Below, piece by piece: positions 41,172 to 51,674 of a stretch of DNA of 64,000 nucleotides. The stretch spans positions 128,001-192,000 of the forward strand of contig CAVSDR010000004.1 of the NCBI GenBank assembly GCA_963726745.1, written 5' to 3'. A model generated the notes under the pieces. That model saw only the letters and a program-made list of their open reading frames with translations. It made no database searches and was not told the DNA's origin. The position numbers were made by a program, and so were the translations under genes. This stretch comes from an uncultured Verrucomicrobiae bacterium. Lineage in GTDB: Bacteria; Verrucomicrobiota; Verrucomicrobiia; Chthoniobacterales; UBA10450. Every line of letters begins with the position of its first letter. Position 1 is the stretch's first letter.

Positions 41172-43522
41172 TTATAATCCCGCACCGGCGGGAGATCAGG
41201 CGGGGTCATGAACTTGTCGTCTGCGCCTTCGGCCTTCGGGCAATCCGGGCAATCGTCCTGGTCGAGCTCGGGGCCGAAGTGCGTTTTGTCCTCGTGCTTC
41301 GCGCGCAGGCGCACGAGGTCGAGCTTGGTCAAGGTCACCTCCGGCCGCATCAAGATGATCAGCTCCTGCCGCGTCTTGTTGTTCGTCGTGTTCCGGAATA
41401 ATCCGCCCACCAGCGGGATCCGGCTGAGCACCGGAATGCCGGCCTGGTTGCGGTCCTTCCGGTCCATGATCAACCCGCCAAGGATGATCGTGGAACAGTT
41501 CGGCGCGGTCACCGTCGTCTTGATGTAGCGCGTCGCGATCGTGGGGATCTGGTTGTTATCGATCGTGGTGCTGCCGGCGATGCTGTCGACCTTCTGCAGG
41601 ATGTCGAGCGTCACTTCCTTCTCGGAGTTAATCAGCGGCACGACCTCGAGCTGGAGCGCGATCTTCTTGAATTGGATATTCGATTGCTGCGCCAGGCCGG
41701 TGTTGATCAACCCGCCGCCACTAGACGACGAGATGGTGTTCACCGGGACCGGCACTTCCTGGCCGGAAGCGATAATCGCCTTCTTGTTGTTGCTCGTGAA
41801 AACCGTCGGCCGCGAGATCGTGCGGAAGCGCCCGGTGGAATCGAGCGCGCGCACGATCGCCGTCAGGCCATTGCCGGTGGAGAGAAAAATGTTCGTCCCC
41901 GTCGCCGCCGCGGTCGCGAGCTGGGTAAATCCGGTCAGGCTCGCGGGATTAACCCCGGCGATTCCCGTGTTGCCCGCCCCGCCGCCGATCCCGCCGTCGC
42001 CGCCGCGGAAGGAGGCGAACTTCGCGAAGTAATCGATCCCAAGTTGCTCGTTATTATTCAGCGTGAGCTCGCCGATGACCGTGCTCAGCGCGACCTGCGG
42101 CGCGCTCACGTCCATTTCGTTCAAGAGCTTTTGCACCTTCACCACGACCTCGCGATTACCCAGGATGATGATCGTATTCGCACGCTGGTCGGCGATGATC
42201 TTGGCGTTGCCGATCGTGACCGCTTTCGGCGTGGTGTCGACTGCCTGGGTCGAGAGTTCCTCCGAGAAATTCTGCGAGCCGCTGCTCCCACCGGAACCGA
42301 AGTCGCCACCGCTGGTGTTCGTGTTCCGGTTGCGATTCTGGTTGGGCACCTGCGGGTTCTGGCCGGGATTCGCGCCGCCGGCTTCGCCCGCGCCGCCGGC
42401 GTTGTTGCCACCCGGCTCGGTCAGCGCCTGCACGATCACCGGCAGCACGTCCGCCGCGGAGATGTAACGCAGCGGCCGCGTGACCGGTTTGGCAAAGTCG
42501 ACATTGGCGTCGAACTCCGCGATCAAGCGGCGGACAAACGGCATGTTCACCGGGCGCGTGATCACGTGGATGCGGTTCGTGCGCACGTCCGGCGCGAGCT
42601 TGATCTTGCCGATAATCACTGAGTCTTCCGAGAGGCCGGTGAGCGATCCGAACTCGTTATTCTCCGCCACGATCTGCGGCTGCGGCTGGCCCGGAGGAGG
42701 CTGCACTCCGGGACGCACCGCGCGGATATTTCCCGGAGCCCCGGGCACGCCCGGCTGGCCTTGCCCCTTCTCAAAGATCTCTTTCAGCATGTCCACCACC
42801 TTGCCGGCATCGGCCCGCTCGAGCTTGATGAACTCGCTGACTACTTCCGCCGGCGGGATGTCGACCTGGTTGATGATGTTCGCGAGGCTGCGAATGACGC
42901 TCGAGTTTTCGGTCACGAGAATGCTGGAGGATTTCGGGAGCGCGAGGAAGGAGGTGTAGGGCTGCGGCGGCGAAAGATATTGCCCGAGGACCTGCTGGAG
43001 CTCGGTCGGGTCGGCGTAGCGGAGCTTGAAGAGGAAACTGATCACCTGCTCGCCGAGCGGAATCTGCGATTCATCGGAAAGGATCGGGACGCCGGCGGTG
43101 CGCGGATTTTTCCCGGTGCCGATGACCTTGACCACGTCGTCTTCCGCCGGGACTAACGAGTAGCCGTTCATCAAGAGATTGATCTGAATGATGCGGATCG
43201 CTTCCTCGCGTGGGATTGGCTTGGCGATGAAAATGTTCACCTTTCCCTGCACGAAATTATCCATCACCAGTTTCTTCCCGGTGAGCTGCTCGTAAAGGCG
43301 GAGGACGTCGGTCACGTCGCTGTTTGGATATTGCAGCGTGACCATGTCGGGCGCGCCCGGAGGCGGCGTGGTGTTGCCGAGGGGCGCGGCGCCGGCCGAA
43401 CCAGCGGGACCGGCGGCGGCCACGTTTGGCAGCGGCTCTGGAACTTGAGCGGAAAGCAGCGAGGCGCCGAGCAGCGAGAGACACGCTCCGAAGGCGAAAG
43501 TGCTGGCTAAATTTTTACGCAT
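41168..43522 (-). CDS. gspD: Secretin GspD
   Basis: N-domains, ADQRANTIII, GQEVPV, IILGGLI, GIPVLSRIPLVGGLF. Confidence 0.9.
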   Translation of the reverse strand: MRKNLASTFAFGACLSLLGASLLSAQVPEPLPNVAAAGPAGSAGAAPLGNTTPPPGAPDMVTLQYPNSDVTDVLRLYEQLTGKKLVMDNFVQGKVNIFIAKPIPREEAIRIIQINLLMNGYSLVPAEDDVVKVIGTGKNPRTAGVPILSDESQIPLGEQVISFLFKLRYADPTELQQVLGQYLSPPQPYTSFLALPKSSSILVTENSSVIRSLANIINQVDIPPAEVVSEFIKLERADAGKVVDMLKEIFEKGQGQPGVPGAPGNIRAVRPGVQPPPGQPQPQIVAENNEFGSLTGLSEDSVIIGKIKLAPDVRTNRIHVITRPVNMPFVRRLIAEFDANVDFAKPVTRPLRYISAADVLPVIVQALTEPGGNNAGGAGEAGGANPGQNPQVPNQNRNRNTNTSGGDFGSGGSSGSQNFSEELSTQAVDTTPKAVTIGNAKIIADQRANTIIILGNREVVVKVQKLLNEMDVSAPQVALSTVIGELTLNNNEQLGIDYFAKFASFRGGDGGIGGGAGNTGIAGVNPASLTGFTQLATAAATGTNIFLSTGNGLTAIVRALDSTGRFRTISRPTVFTSNNKKAIIASGQEVPVPVNTISSSSGGGLINTGLAQQSNIQFKKIALQLEVVPLINSEKEVTLDILQKVDSIAGSTTIDNNQIPTIATRYIKTTVTAPNCSTIILGGLIMDRKDRNQAGIPVLSRIPLVGGLFRNTTNNKTRQELIILMRPEVTLTKLDLVRLRAKHEDKTHFGPELDQDDCPDCPKAEGADDKFMTPPDLPPVRDYK

Positions 43523-43655
43523 AAAGGGATCGACGTTGGGGCAGGACGAAGACGGTATCGGAAAAATGAATCCGGCGGAAGCGCAAGAAGTGTAGCAGCC
43601 TCGCCCGCAAATCGCTATCGCGCCTTTCGCCGGGAAAATTGCGCGTTGGCGGACG

Positions 43656-45054
43656 TCACCGCTTCGAGCGGAGCGCGGTCAGGAGCCGCTCGTGGATGCC
43701 GTCGAAGCCGCCGTTACTGAAGACGACGACGACGTCATTCCGGCTCGAGCAACGGGAGGAGCTGCTCCACGATGTGCGCGGCGTCCTTGACGTAGAAGGC
43801 CGGGCGACCGCTCTCGGCGATCGTTTGCACCACGGCCTCGGGATTGAGCCGGTCGCCCTCCGGGAGCTGATCAAGCCGCGCGACTTGCGCCAGGAAAACG
43901 CCATCGGCCAGCATCAAAGCGTCGGGTAATTGCTGCTGGAAAACGGCGCGCCGGGTGGTGTTCGAGCGCGGCTCGAAGATCGCCCAGAGCCGCTGCCCGA
44001 CGTAACGCCGGCGCAGGCCGGTGAGCGTCTGCGCGATCGCCGTTGGGTGATGCCCAAAGTCGTCGATCACGGTCACGCCGCCGACTTCGCCGCGCACTTC
44101 CTGCCGGCGCGCGATCCCGGTAAACGTCGCCAGCCCTTCGCGAATCTTCTCCAGCGGCGCGCCGTAGAAACGCGCCGCGCTGATCGCCATGGCGGCGTTG
44201 CGCACATTGAATTCGCCGACCAGCGGGAGCTGAAAGCGCTCCTCGCCTAACGAGAACTCGGAGCCCTCCGCGCTGTAGCCGATCTCGGTGATCCGCTGCG
44301 CGCAATTCTCCGAAAGCCCGATCTCGACGATCGGCGCGACCGCCTCCCGGCCGACTTCCACGCAATTCGGATCATCGCCGTTCAAAAGGACCATCCCGTT
44401 CTGCGGCACGATCCGCAGGAGGTGGCGAAAGCTGCGCTTGATTTGCTCGAGGTCGTCGAAGATGTCCGCGTGATCGAACTCGATGTTGTTCACGATCACC
44501 AGCTCCGGGAGGTAGTGGACAAACTTCGAGCGCTTGTCGAAAAAAGCGGTGTCGTATTCGTCGCCCTCGAGCACGAAATGCTTCGAGTCGTTAAAGAGCG
44601 CGCCCTGCCCGAGATTGCGCGGGATGCCGCCGATCATGAAGCTCGGGTCGAAGCCGGCCACGCGCAGGAGCCAGGTGAGGAGCGCGGTCGTGGTCGTCTT
44701 TCCGTGCGTCCCGGTGACCACGAGATTGTGCCGCCCGCGGAGGAACTCGTTCCGCAAAACCTCCGGGAGCGAGACGTAGTAGCGCTTCTCGTTCAAGGTC
44801 GCTTCGACCTCCGGGTTGCCGCGCGTCATCGCGTTCCCGATCACGATCACCGAGTCGTTAGCCGGCAAGTTCTCCGCGCGGAAACCTTCGCGCAGGATGA
44901 CGCCGCGGCTCTCGAGGAAAGTCGACATCGGCGGGTAGACGTTTTCGTCCGAGCCGGTCACGCCGTAGCCGCGTTCGCGCAATGCCGCCGCGACCGAGCC
45001 CATGGCCGTTCCGCAGACTCCGATGAAATGAAAACTCTTTTTGGCGCCGGTCAC
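43656..45054 (-). CDS. mpl: Murein peptide ligase Mpl/MurC family (frameshift near 43742)
   Basis: GVCGTAMG, TGTHGKTTT, EGDEYDTAFFDKRSKF, DDFGHHPT, FEPRSNT; the tail NDVVVVFSNGGF is in another frame. Confidence 0.88.
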
Positions 45055-45108
45055 GCCGCGTTCTTTAAATGCACGCAGGCCATTTGGCGAATGCCGAGAA
45101 GTGGTCGG

Positions 45109-47208
45109 CTATTTTTTGGTGAAGACTTCCGCGGCGCTCCAAGATTCGTCGGGCGGATGAAGCTCGTATTCCGCCGCGCGGTCCCGGTAAAGCTGCGAGA
45201 GGTAGTCCTTCGGGTAAAAGGCGAGGAAGCGCTCGAATAACTCCCGCGCGCTGGTGAACTCGCGGCCACGAAATTTCGCGATCCCCTCCTCGTAGCCTTG
45301 CAGCCGCTCGAGCAGTTCCTGGTCGTAGTCATCCCCTTTCGCGCAAAGCAGCGTCGACACACTAACGGGCACGGTCTTCCCCTTCACCTGCACGCGCGCC
45401 ACGCTCCGCAGGTGAAAGTCACCTTTGATCAACTCGGCGGCGGCTTCTCCGACGAGAATATCGACCCCATAAGTCCTGGTAAGAGCCTCGAGGCGCGAGG
45501 CGAGGTTCACCGCATCGCCGATCACGGTTAAGTCCGCGCGGTCGCCCGAGCCGATGTTGCCGGCAATCGCCTCGCCGTGATTGATTCCCACGCCCATTCC
45601 CAGGGTCATCCGGCCTTCCCCGCGCCACCCAGCATTCAATTCCTTCAAGGCCCGCCGCATCCCCAGGGCCGCGCGCGCGCACTCTTTGGCATCGGCCATC
45701 GCTCCTTTGCTCTGCACATTTCCCCAGACGGCCATGATCGCGTCGCCGATGAATTTATCGAGCGTGCCTTCGTTCTCGAAGACCACGCCCACCATCCGGC
45801 TGAGGTATTCGTTCAGCTGCCGGACAAGCTCCTCGGGATTGGCCCGCTCGCTCAAGGTAGTGAAGCCGATCAAGTCGGAGAACAGCACCGTCACGGGGAT
45901 GCGCGCTCCTTTCATCGTGCTGTAAAAGCTGCCCGGATTATCGAGGATATCCTTGACCAGGTTCCTCGAGACGTAACGCTCCAGCGTGCGGCGGGTCTTC
46001 AGTTTTTCGCGGCGCTCGAGGATGTAATCGAGGCCAAGCGAAAACGCGCCGCCGCCGGCAAAGGCTGCCAGCACCGGGACGGTCAGCAGGAGCACGCCCA
46101 TCTGATCGTAGAGGACCCGCGCGACTGCCAGATAGGCCGCGGCCAGGCCGACGATCGCGAGCAGCTCCCAAATTGGGCGCTTCACGAAGGCGATGACCAC
46201 CCAAGCGGCTACGCCGGCTCCTAAAATCAGCAGATAGGACCAAAGCACCGGCGTGAAATGGAGAAACTCCCCGCTGAGCGCCGCTGCGAGCGTGTGCAGG
46301 TGCAGCGCCGGTCCGTAGAAAGCGCTGTCTACCGGAGTGTCGACCACGTCGTGCAGGATTTGCGCGGAACCGCCCACGACCACGACCTTGTCTTTGAAAA
46401 ACGCGCCGCCGCCGAAGTTTGCCTGCCAGATCGGCTCGGCAAAAATCTGCCAGAGCGCCAGCGGCTCGTAGGCGGTAGGCGCGCTGAAGCGGATGAGATG
46501 TCGCTGGCGGTCGCCCGGCAATTTCCCTCCCTCGCCAAGCTGCAAGAGGGCGCGTCCGGCGAGCGAAAGATAAATCGGGTCGCCGGGAAAATAAGCCATG
46601 TTCACCAGCTCGCGCTCGGATACCTGAAAGCGCGCCTCGCGCACTTTTCCATCCCCGTTAGGCCAAAAATTAACCAATCCCACGCGGCGATCCTCGACCG
46701 CTGGCGGCGGGATCAAGGTGTCGTTAGGGACCACCAAGGTGCCCGCAGCGGTGTCGAAATTGGCCCCGATGACCACCTGGTCGCGATACTTCTCCAAGGC
46801 CGCCGCAAAAGCCGGGTCCCCCGGGTTTGGCGGGTTAAAGAGCACGTCAAAAATAACCAGCCGCGCGCCCGCCGCGAAGAGCCGATCAAGCAAAACAGCC
46901 CAGACTTCCCGCGACCACGGATACGGCTTCTCGGTCATCAGCTGCAGCCCGCGACTCCCCGCGATTTCCTCGGGACTCGCTGCAGTAAGCTGGAGCGACT
47001 CCTGGTCGATTCCGATGAAGGCGAAGTCCGGTCGCGTGGCCGTGAGGCGACCTTCGCGCCGGAGCAGATCCTGGAAAGCGAGCTCGCCGCGAAGCATGCC
47101 GGAGAGGAACGGCTTGTCTGGAAAATTGATCGCCAGCACAACCGCGCCGATCCAGAAAGCGCAAATAACTGCCAGGGCAAGGCGGCGATGGCGCGCGATC
47201 CAATTCAT
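45109..47208 (-). CDS. CHASE2-domain class III adenylate/guanylate cyclase
   Basis: PYPWSR CHASE2 motif, three TMs, LFSDLIGFT, DKFIGDAIMA, GDAVNLASRLE. Confidence 0.92.
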   Translation of the reverse strand: MNWIARHRRLALAVICAFWIGAVVLAINFPDKPFLSGMLRGELAFQDLLRREGRLTATRPDFAFIGIDQESLQLTAASPEEIAGSRGLQLMTEKPYPWSREVWAVLLDRLFAAGARLVIFDVLFNPPNPGDPAFAAALEKYRDQVVIGANFDTAAGTLVVPNDTLIPPPAVEDRRVGLVNFWPNGDGKVREARFQVSERELVNMAYFPGDPIYLSLAGRALLQLGEGGKLPGDRQRHLIRFSAPTAYEPLALWQIFAEPIWQANFGGGAFFKDKVVVVGGSAQILHDVVDTPVDSAFYGPALHLHTLAAALSGEFLHFTPVLWSYLLILGAGVAAWVVIAFVKRPIWELLAIVGLAAAYLAVARVLYDQMGVLLLTVPVLAAFAGGGAFSLGLDYILERREKLKTRRTLERYVSRNLVKDILDNPGSFYSTMKGARIPVTVLFSDLIGFTTLSERANPEELVRQLNEYLSRMVGVVFENEGTLDKFIGDAIMAVWGNVQSKGAMADAKECARAALGMRRALKELNAGWRGEGRMTLGMGVGINHGEAIAGNIGSGDRADLTVIGDAVNLASRLEALTRTYGVDILVGEAAAELIKGDFHLRSVARVQVKGKTVPVSVSTLLCAKGDDYDQELLERLQGYEEGIAKFRGREFTSARELFERFLAFYPKDYLSQLYRDRAAEYELHPPDESWSAAEVFTKK

Positions 47209-47467
47209 CGTGTCGACTCTAGAAACCTCCGGGCGCGCGACCAATGCGAAAATGAAAGCTGACGGCATCGTGCCGGGGCAAAATCCAGTTGCCATCCCGC
47301 GTCCTGCGCCTACTTTCCCGGCCCTGTCGCAACCCTGCGGCACGGCGATTGTCCCACCTGGCGGGTGAATTTTCCCTGCCAACTCAGCGAATGAGGTCGG
47401 GCCGATCCGGTGAAACCAAAGAACAATTCGCTGAAAGAGGAACCCGGAGCGATCCGGGAAACAACAC

Positions 47468-47857
47468 ATGCCAAGAGCAACCAACGCCCCGGCCAGCCGG
47501 GAGCGCCGCAAACGCGTGATCGACGCCGCCAAGGGCTACCGTGGCCGTCGTTCGAAACTTTTCCGCTACGCGAAGGACGCGACCATGAAGGGCAAATATT
47601 GGGCCTATCGTGATCGCAAGACGCGCAAGCGCACCTTCCGCTACCTCTGGATCCAGCGCCTGAACGCTGCCGTCCGCGCGCAGGGCCTGACCTACAGCCG
47701 TTTCGCCGAAGGCCTCAAGGCCGCGAACGTCGGCCTCGACCGCAAGGTCCTCTCCGATCTCGCGATCACCGACGAAGTCGCCTTTAAGGCGATCGTCGAG
47801 CAGGTGAAAACCGCGCTCTCGGAGAAGTCGAAGGCGAAGCAGCAGGCCGCGGCCTAA
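47468..47857 (+). CDS. rplT: 50S ribosomal protein L20
   Basis: AKGYRG, YRDRK.RKR.FR.LWIQRLNAA, LDRKVLSDLA. Confidence 0.98.
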   Translation: MPRATNAPASRERRKRVIDAAKGYRGRRSKLFRYAKDATMKGKYWAYRDRKTRKRTFRYLWIQRLNAAVRAQGLTYSRFAEGLKAANVGLDRKVLSDLAITDEVAFKAIVEQVKTALSEKSKAKQQAAA

Positions 47858-47890
47858 CGAACAGAACGCGCCGGCGCGCGTTCGCTCGCG

Positions 47891-48907
47891 ATGACGCACC
47901 CGTTGGAAGAACTGCGCACCCAAGCCTTGGGCGAAATCGCCCAGGCGGGTGACGCGGCGGCTCTCGAACAACTGCGCGTCCAATACCTGGGACGCAGCGG
48001 CAGCATCTCTGCTTGGAGCGAGCGCCTGAAAGCGCTGCCTAAAGAAGAGAAGCCGCTCGTCGGCAAGCTGCTCAACGAAACCCGCAATGCCGTCGCTGCG
48101 GCGATCGAGGAACGCGCGGTCGCGGCCCGCGCCGCCGCCGAGTCCGCGGCCCTGGCGAACATCGACCTCACCCTGCCGGGCACGCCGGCCGAGATCGGCG
48201 CGCTGCATCCCCTCACCCAGATGCTCGATCGCGCGATCGCGATCTTCCGGCGGATGGGTTTTGCCCTGGCCGAAGGGCCGGACGTCGAGACCGAGTGGTA
48301 TTGCTTCGATGCGCTCAACACCGCGCCTGATCATCCGGCGCGGAACGAGCAGGACACCTTCTTCCTGCCGGATGGCCGCCTCCTCCGCACGCACACCTCG
48401 ACCGTGCAAATCCGGACGATGCAATCCGCGCCGCCGCCCATCCGGGTGATCGCTCCCGGCGCGGCCTATCGTCGGGACGAAGTCGACGCGACCCATAGCG
48501 CGCAATTTCACCAGATCGAAGGCCTCTACGTGGACGAGAACGTCAGCGTGGCCGACCTCAAGGGCACGCTTGAGTTCTTCCTCAAGGAGTTGTTAGGCGC
48601 CGAAACCGAGATTCGGTTTCGCCCGCACTTCTTCCCCTTCACCGAGCCAAGTTTCGAGATCGATGTGAAATCGAAAGCGCTTCGCGGCGGTGAAAAATGG
48701 CTCGAGCTCGCCGGCTGCGGGATGGTGCATCCGGCGGTCTACGAAGCGGTCAACGGCGCCCGCGGCGATCTGGCTTACGATCCGGAAAAGTTCTCCGGCT
48801 TCGCCTTCGGCCTCGGGATGGATCGCCTGGCGATGATCCTTTTCGACATCCCCGACATCCGCCTTTTCTCGCAGAACGATCTTCGTTTTCTGCGCCAGTT
48901 CGCATGA
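47891..48907 (+). CDS. pheS: Phenylalanine-tRNA ligase alpha subunit
   Basis: HPAR, LLRTHTS, FHQIEGL, FPFTEPS, GFAFGLGMDRLAM. Confidence 0.98.
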   Translation: MTHPLEELRTQALGEIAQAGDAAALEQLRVQYLGRSGSISAWSERLKALPKEEKPLVGKLLNETRNAVAAAIEERAVAARAAAESAALANIDLTLPGTPAEIGALHPLTQMLDRAIAIFRRMGFALAEGPDVETEWYCFDALNTAPDHPARNEQDTFFLPDGRLLRTHTSTVQIRTMQSAPPPIRVIAPGAAYRRDEVDATHSAQFHQIEGLYVDENVSVADLKGTLEFFLKELLGAETEIRFRPHFFPFTEPSFEIDVKSKALRGGEKWLELAGCGMVHPAVYEAVNGARGDLAYDPEKFSGFAFGLGMDRLAMILFDIPDIRLFSQNDLRFLRQFA

Positions 48908-51252
48908 AATTTTCCGTCAATTGGCTGCGTGAATTCGTCGACCTCCCCGCGAGCACCGAGGAATTAGCCGACATCCTCACCTTCGCCGGCATCGAGATCG
49001 AAGGGATCGAGCCGCGCGGCTTGAACCTCGAGCATGTCGTCATCGGCCAGATCAATTCCTTCGCGCAACATCCGAACGCCGACCGCCTGAGCGTCTGCGA
49101 CGTGAACGACGGCACGAACGAGCATCGGCAGATCGTTTGCGGTGCGAAGAATTTCAAAGCTGGCGACAAAGTCCCGGTGGCCCTCCCCGGCGCCGCCCTG
49201 CCCAACGGTCTCAAGATCAAAGTCAGCAAGCTCCGCGGCGTGGAATCGCAGGGAATGCTTTGCAGCCCGAGCGAGCTCAAGGTTTCCGAGGATGGCGACG
49301 GTTTGCTCATCCTCTCACCCGATGCCCCGGTCGGCGCGCCCATTGGCGATCTCTTCCCGCCGGACACGATTCTAGACGTCGAGATCACGCCGAATCGGAG
49401 CGATCTCCTGAGCTACCTCGGCCTGGCCCGCGAGATCGCCGCGCTCACCGGCAAGACCGCGCGGCTCCCGCAAATCGCCGAGCCGGCCACGGTGCGAAAC
49501 GAGAGCGTGAAGCTAAGCGCGCCCGAGGCCTGCCCGTTTTATTCCGCGCGTCGGATTGCCCACGTCCGGGTCGGCCCCAGCCCCGCCTGGCTCCGAGCGA
49601 AACTCGAGTCTGCCGGGCTGCGCCCGATCAACAACATCGTCGACGTGACCAATTTCGTGATGCTCGAGCTAGGCCAACCGCTCCACGCCTTCGATGCCGA
49701 TAAATTAGACGGCGGGATCAACGTCCGCCTCGCGGCCGAGGGCGAGAAATTCCTCGCGCTCGACGGGAAAACTTACTCGTTAGGCCCGGACAATTTGCTG
49801 ATTGCCGACCACTCGCGCGCGGTCGCGATTGGCGGCGTCATGGGCGGCGAAGACAGCGGCGTCACCGAGTCGACGGCGAACGTTCTCCTGGAGAGCGCCT
49901 GGTTTCTCCCATCGAGTATCCGCCGCACCGCCCGCACTCTCGCCTTGCCGAGCGATGCCAGTTACCGCTTCGAGCGCGGCGTCGATCCCGCAATGACCTT
50001 GCGCGCCTCCGCGCGCGCCGCGCAATTAATCAGCGAGCTGGCCGGCGGTGAACCGGCGGCTGAGACGGCGATTGCCGGCGAAATTCCCGCTCCGCCCGCA
50101 GACGTGACCTTTCGCAACGCCCGCAGCAATCAGCTTCTCGGCATCTCCCTGTCCGAAAGCGCGTCGGCCAAAATTCTCGAAGGCTTTGGCCTCACCAAAG
50201 TGTCGGCTAACGAGGAATCGAGCACCTGGAAAATCCCGAGCCATCGCCCCGACTTGAAGCGCGAGGCCGACCTGATTGAGGAAGTCGTGCGCGCCCACGG
50301 GATCGACAAAATCCCGAGCCGCAACCGGAGCGTCTTCACCGCGATCAGCGCGGCCGATCGCAGCTTCGACTTCCAGGCGCGCGTCCGCCAGCGCCTAAGC
50401 GCGCGCGGTTTTTCCGAGGCACGCACCTCAGCCTTGATCGCGCGCGGCGCGGAGCATTTCGCCGAGGGGGCGGTGGCCCTGCGCAATCCGCTGAGCGAAG
50501 ACCATGTCGCCCTGCGGCCGAGCTTGCTGCCTGGCCTCTTGCAGGTGCTCGAGCGCAACCTGCGCGCGGGGGCGTCGAGCGTCCGCCTCTTCGAGCTTGG
50601 ACGCGTCTTTCAACCGCCGCAGGCGGAGGAAGCGCGGCATCTCGCGCTCCTTTGCGCGGGCGAACTGCAAGGCGCGCCTCATTGGCGGGGCGGCGAAAAG
50701 CGGCGGCTTGACCTCTTCGACTTGAAGGGCGCGCTCGACTCGTTAGGCAGCGAGCTCAGTTTCCGTCGTGCGGAAAAGCCTGGCCTCGCCCTGGCCGCAG
50801 AAATCCTCCAAGGCGAGCGCGTGCTCGGATTTGCCGGCCAGTTGAGCAACGCGGTCGCGACCAGGCTGGGCGCGAGCGCTCCGGTGTTTCTCCTGGAGGT
50901 CGAATTCTCTTCCCTGAACGCCGCCACGGCGGAGACGACCAAGTTCCAAGAGCTGGAGAAGTTCCCTGCGATCACGCGCGACATCGCCCTGATCGTGCCC
51001 GAAAACGTCGCCCATCGCGAGATCACGCAGACCATCCGGTCGACTAACGAGCCGTTGCTCGCGCAGGTGGAGCTGTTCGATTTGTTTGCCGGGAAAGCAG
51101 GCGCAAGTATCGGTGCCGGAAGAAAATCCGTGGCATATACGTTGACATACCGGGACAGAAACCGGACACTCACGAGCGACGAAGTTGCCGTGGTGCACGC
51201 GCGAATTCGCGAGCGGTTGCGGAGCGAGCTCGGGGCGGAATTGCGGGAATGA
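48904..51252 (+). CDS. pheT: Phenylalanine-tRNA ligase beta subunit
   Basis: MKFSVNWLREF, HPNADRL, ITPNRSD, RFERGVD, FDX-ACB tail. Confidence 0.98.
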   Translation: MKFSVNWLREFVDLPASTEELADILTFAGIEIEGIEPRGLNLEHVVIGQINSFAQHPNADRLSVCDVNDGTNEHRQIVCGAKNFKAGDKVPVALPGAALPNGLKIKVSKLRGVESQGMLCSPSELKVSEDGDGLLILSPDAPVGAPIGDLFPPDTILDVEITPNRSDLLSYLGLAREIAALTGKTARLPQIAEPATVRNESVKLSAPEACPFYSARRIAHVRVGPSPAWLRAKLESAGLRPINNIVDVTNFVMLELGQPLHAFDADKLDGGINVRLAAEGEKFLALDGKTYSLGPDNLLIADHSRAVAIGGVMGGEDSGVTESTANVLLESAWFLPSSIRRTARTLALPSDASYRFERGVDPAMTLRASARAAQLISELAGGEPAAETAIAGEIPAPPADVTFRNARSNQLLGISLSESASAKILEGFGLTKVSANEESSTWKIPSHRPDLKREADLIEEVVRAHGIDKIPSRNRSVFTAISAADRSFDFQARVRQRLSARGFSEARTSALIARGAEHFAEGAVALRNPLSEDHVALRPSLLPGLLQVLERNLRAGASSVRLFELGRVFQPPQAEEARHLALLCAGELQGAPHWRGGEKRRLDLFDLKGALDSLGSELSFRRAEKPGLALAAEILQGERVLGFAGQLSNAVATRLGASAPVFLLEVEFSSLNAATAETTKFQELEKFPAITRDIALIVPENVAHREITQTIRSTNEPLLAQVELFDLFAGKAGASIGAGRKSVAYTLTYRDRNRTLTSDEVAVVHARIRERLRSELGAELRE

Positions 51253-51365
51253 GTTCTTTGAAAGTGCCGGCAGTTTTTGTCTGAAGGCTGGGTGGAAACC
51301 AGCGTTTTTCGTCCAGTCTTCTGACAAGAGCTTCCGGCTCCGGCCTCACGCGAGGCTGTGCGAGT

Positions 51366-51544
51366 TTACCCTGCGGTGTTCGAGATTACAGGTGTGATTC
51401 CCGGACCGATATTTAGTTACAGAGGGGGCTTGTTCGTCGGTGGGAATGACATGCCTTAATTGGAAGTCAGACGTGCCGGCGATGGTTACCCGCCCGTTAC
51501 CGAAAGGGAACGGGATATCCTCCTAAACGGCATTGGCGGGGTAA
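51366..51544 (+). ncRNA. ssrS: 6S RNA
   Basis: About 180 nt; 5' TTACCCTGCGGTGTT pairs with 3' GGCATTGGCGGGGTAA; located downstream of pheT and followed by a terminator. Confidence 0.75.
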
Positions 51545-51552
51545 TATTTTAG

Positions 51553-51585
51553 AGGCCCGGATGGCGCAAGCTGTCCGGGCTTTTT
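51553..51585 (+). terminator. Intrinsic terminator after 6S RNA
   Basis: GGCCCGGATGGC-GCAA-GCTGTCCGGGCT followed by a T-tract. Confidence 0.85.
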
Positions 51586-51674
51586 CGTGCTCGTGGTCAA
51601 AATCGGACGCGGTGCTTCGGCGCGCACGACTTTCGCTTTCGCGCGCAGGCAATCCTGCTAACGGTCTCCCAGTC

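Noticed and set aside
39429..43522. gspDE as a competence system tied to the octamer
   Set aside because: No comEA/comEC or pilin genes in the window; the sequences look like ordinary T2SS components
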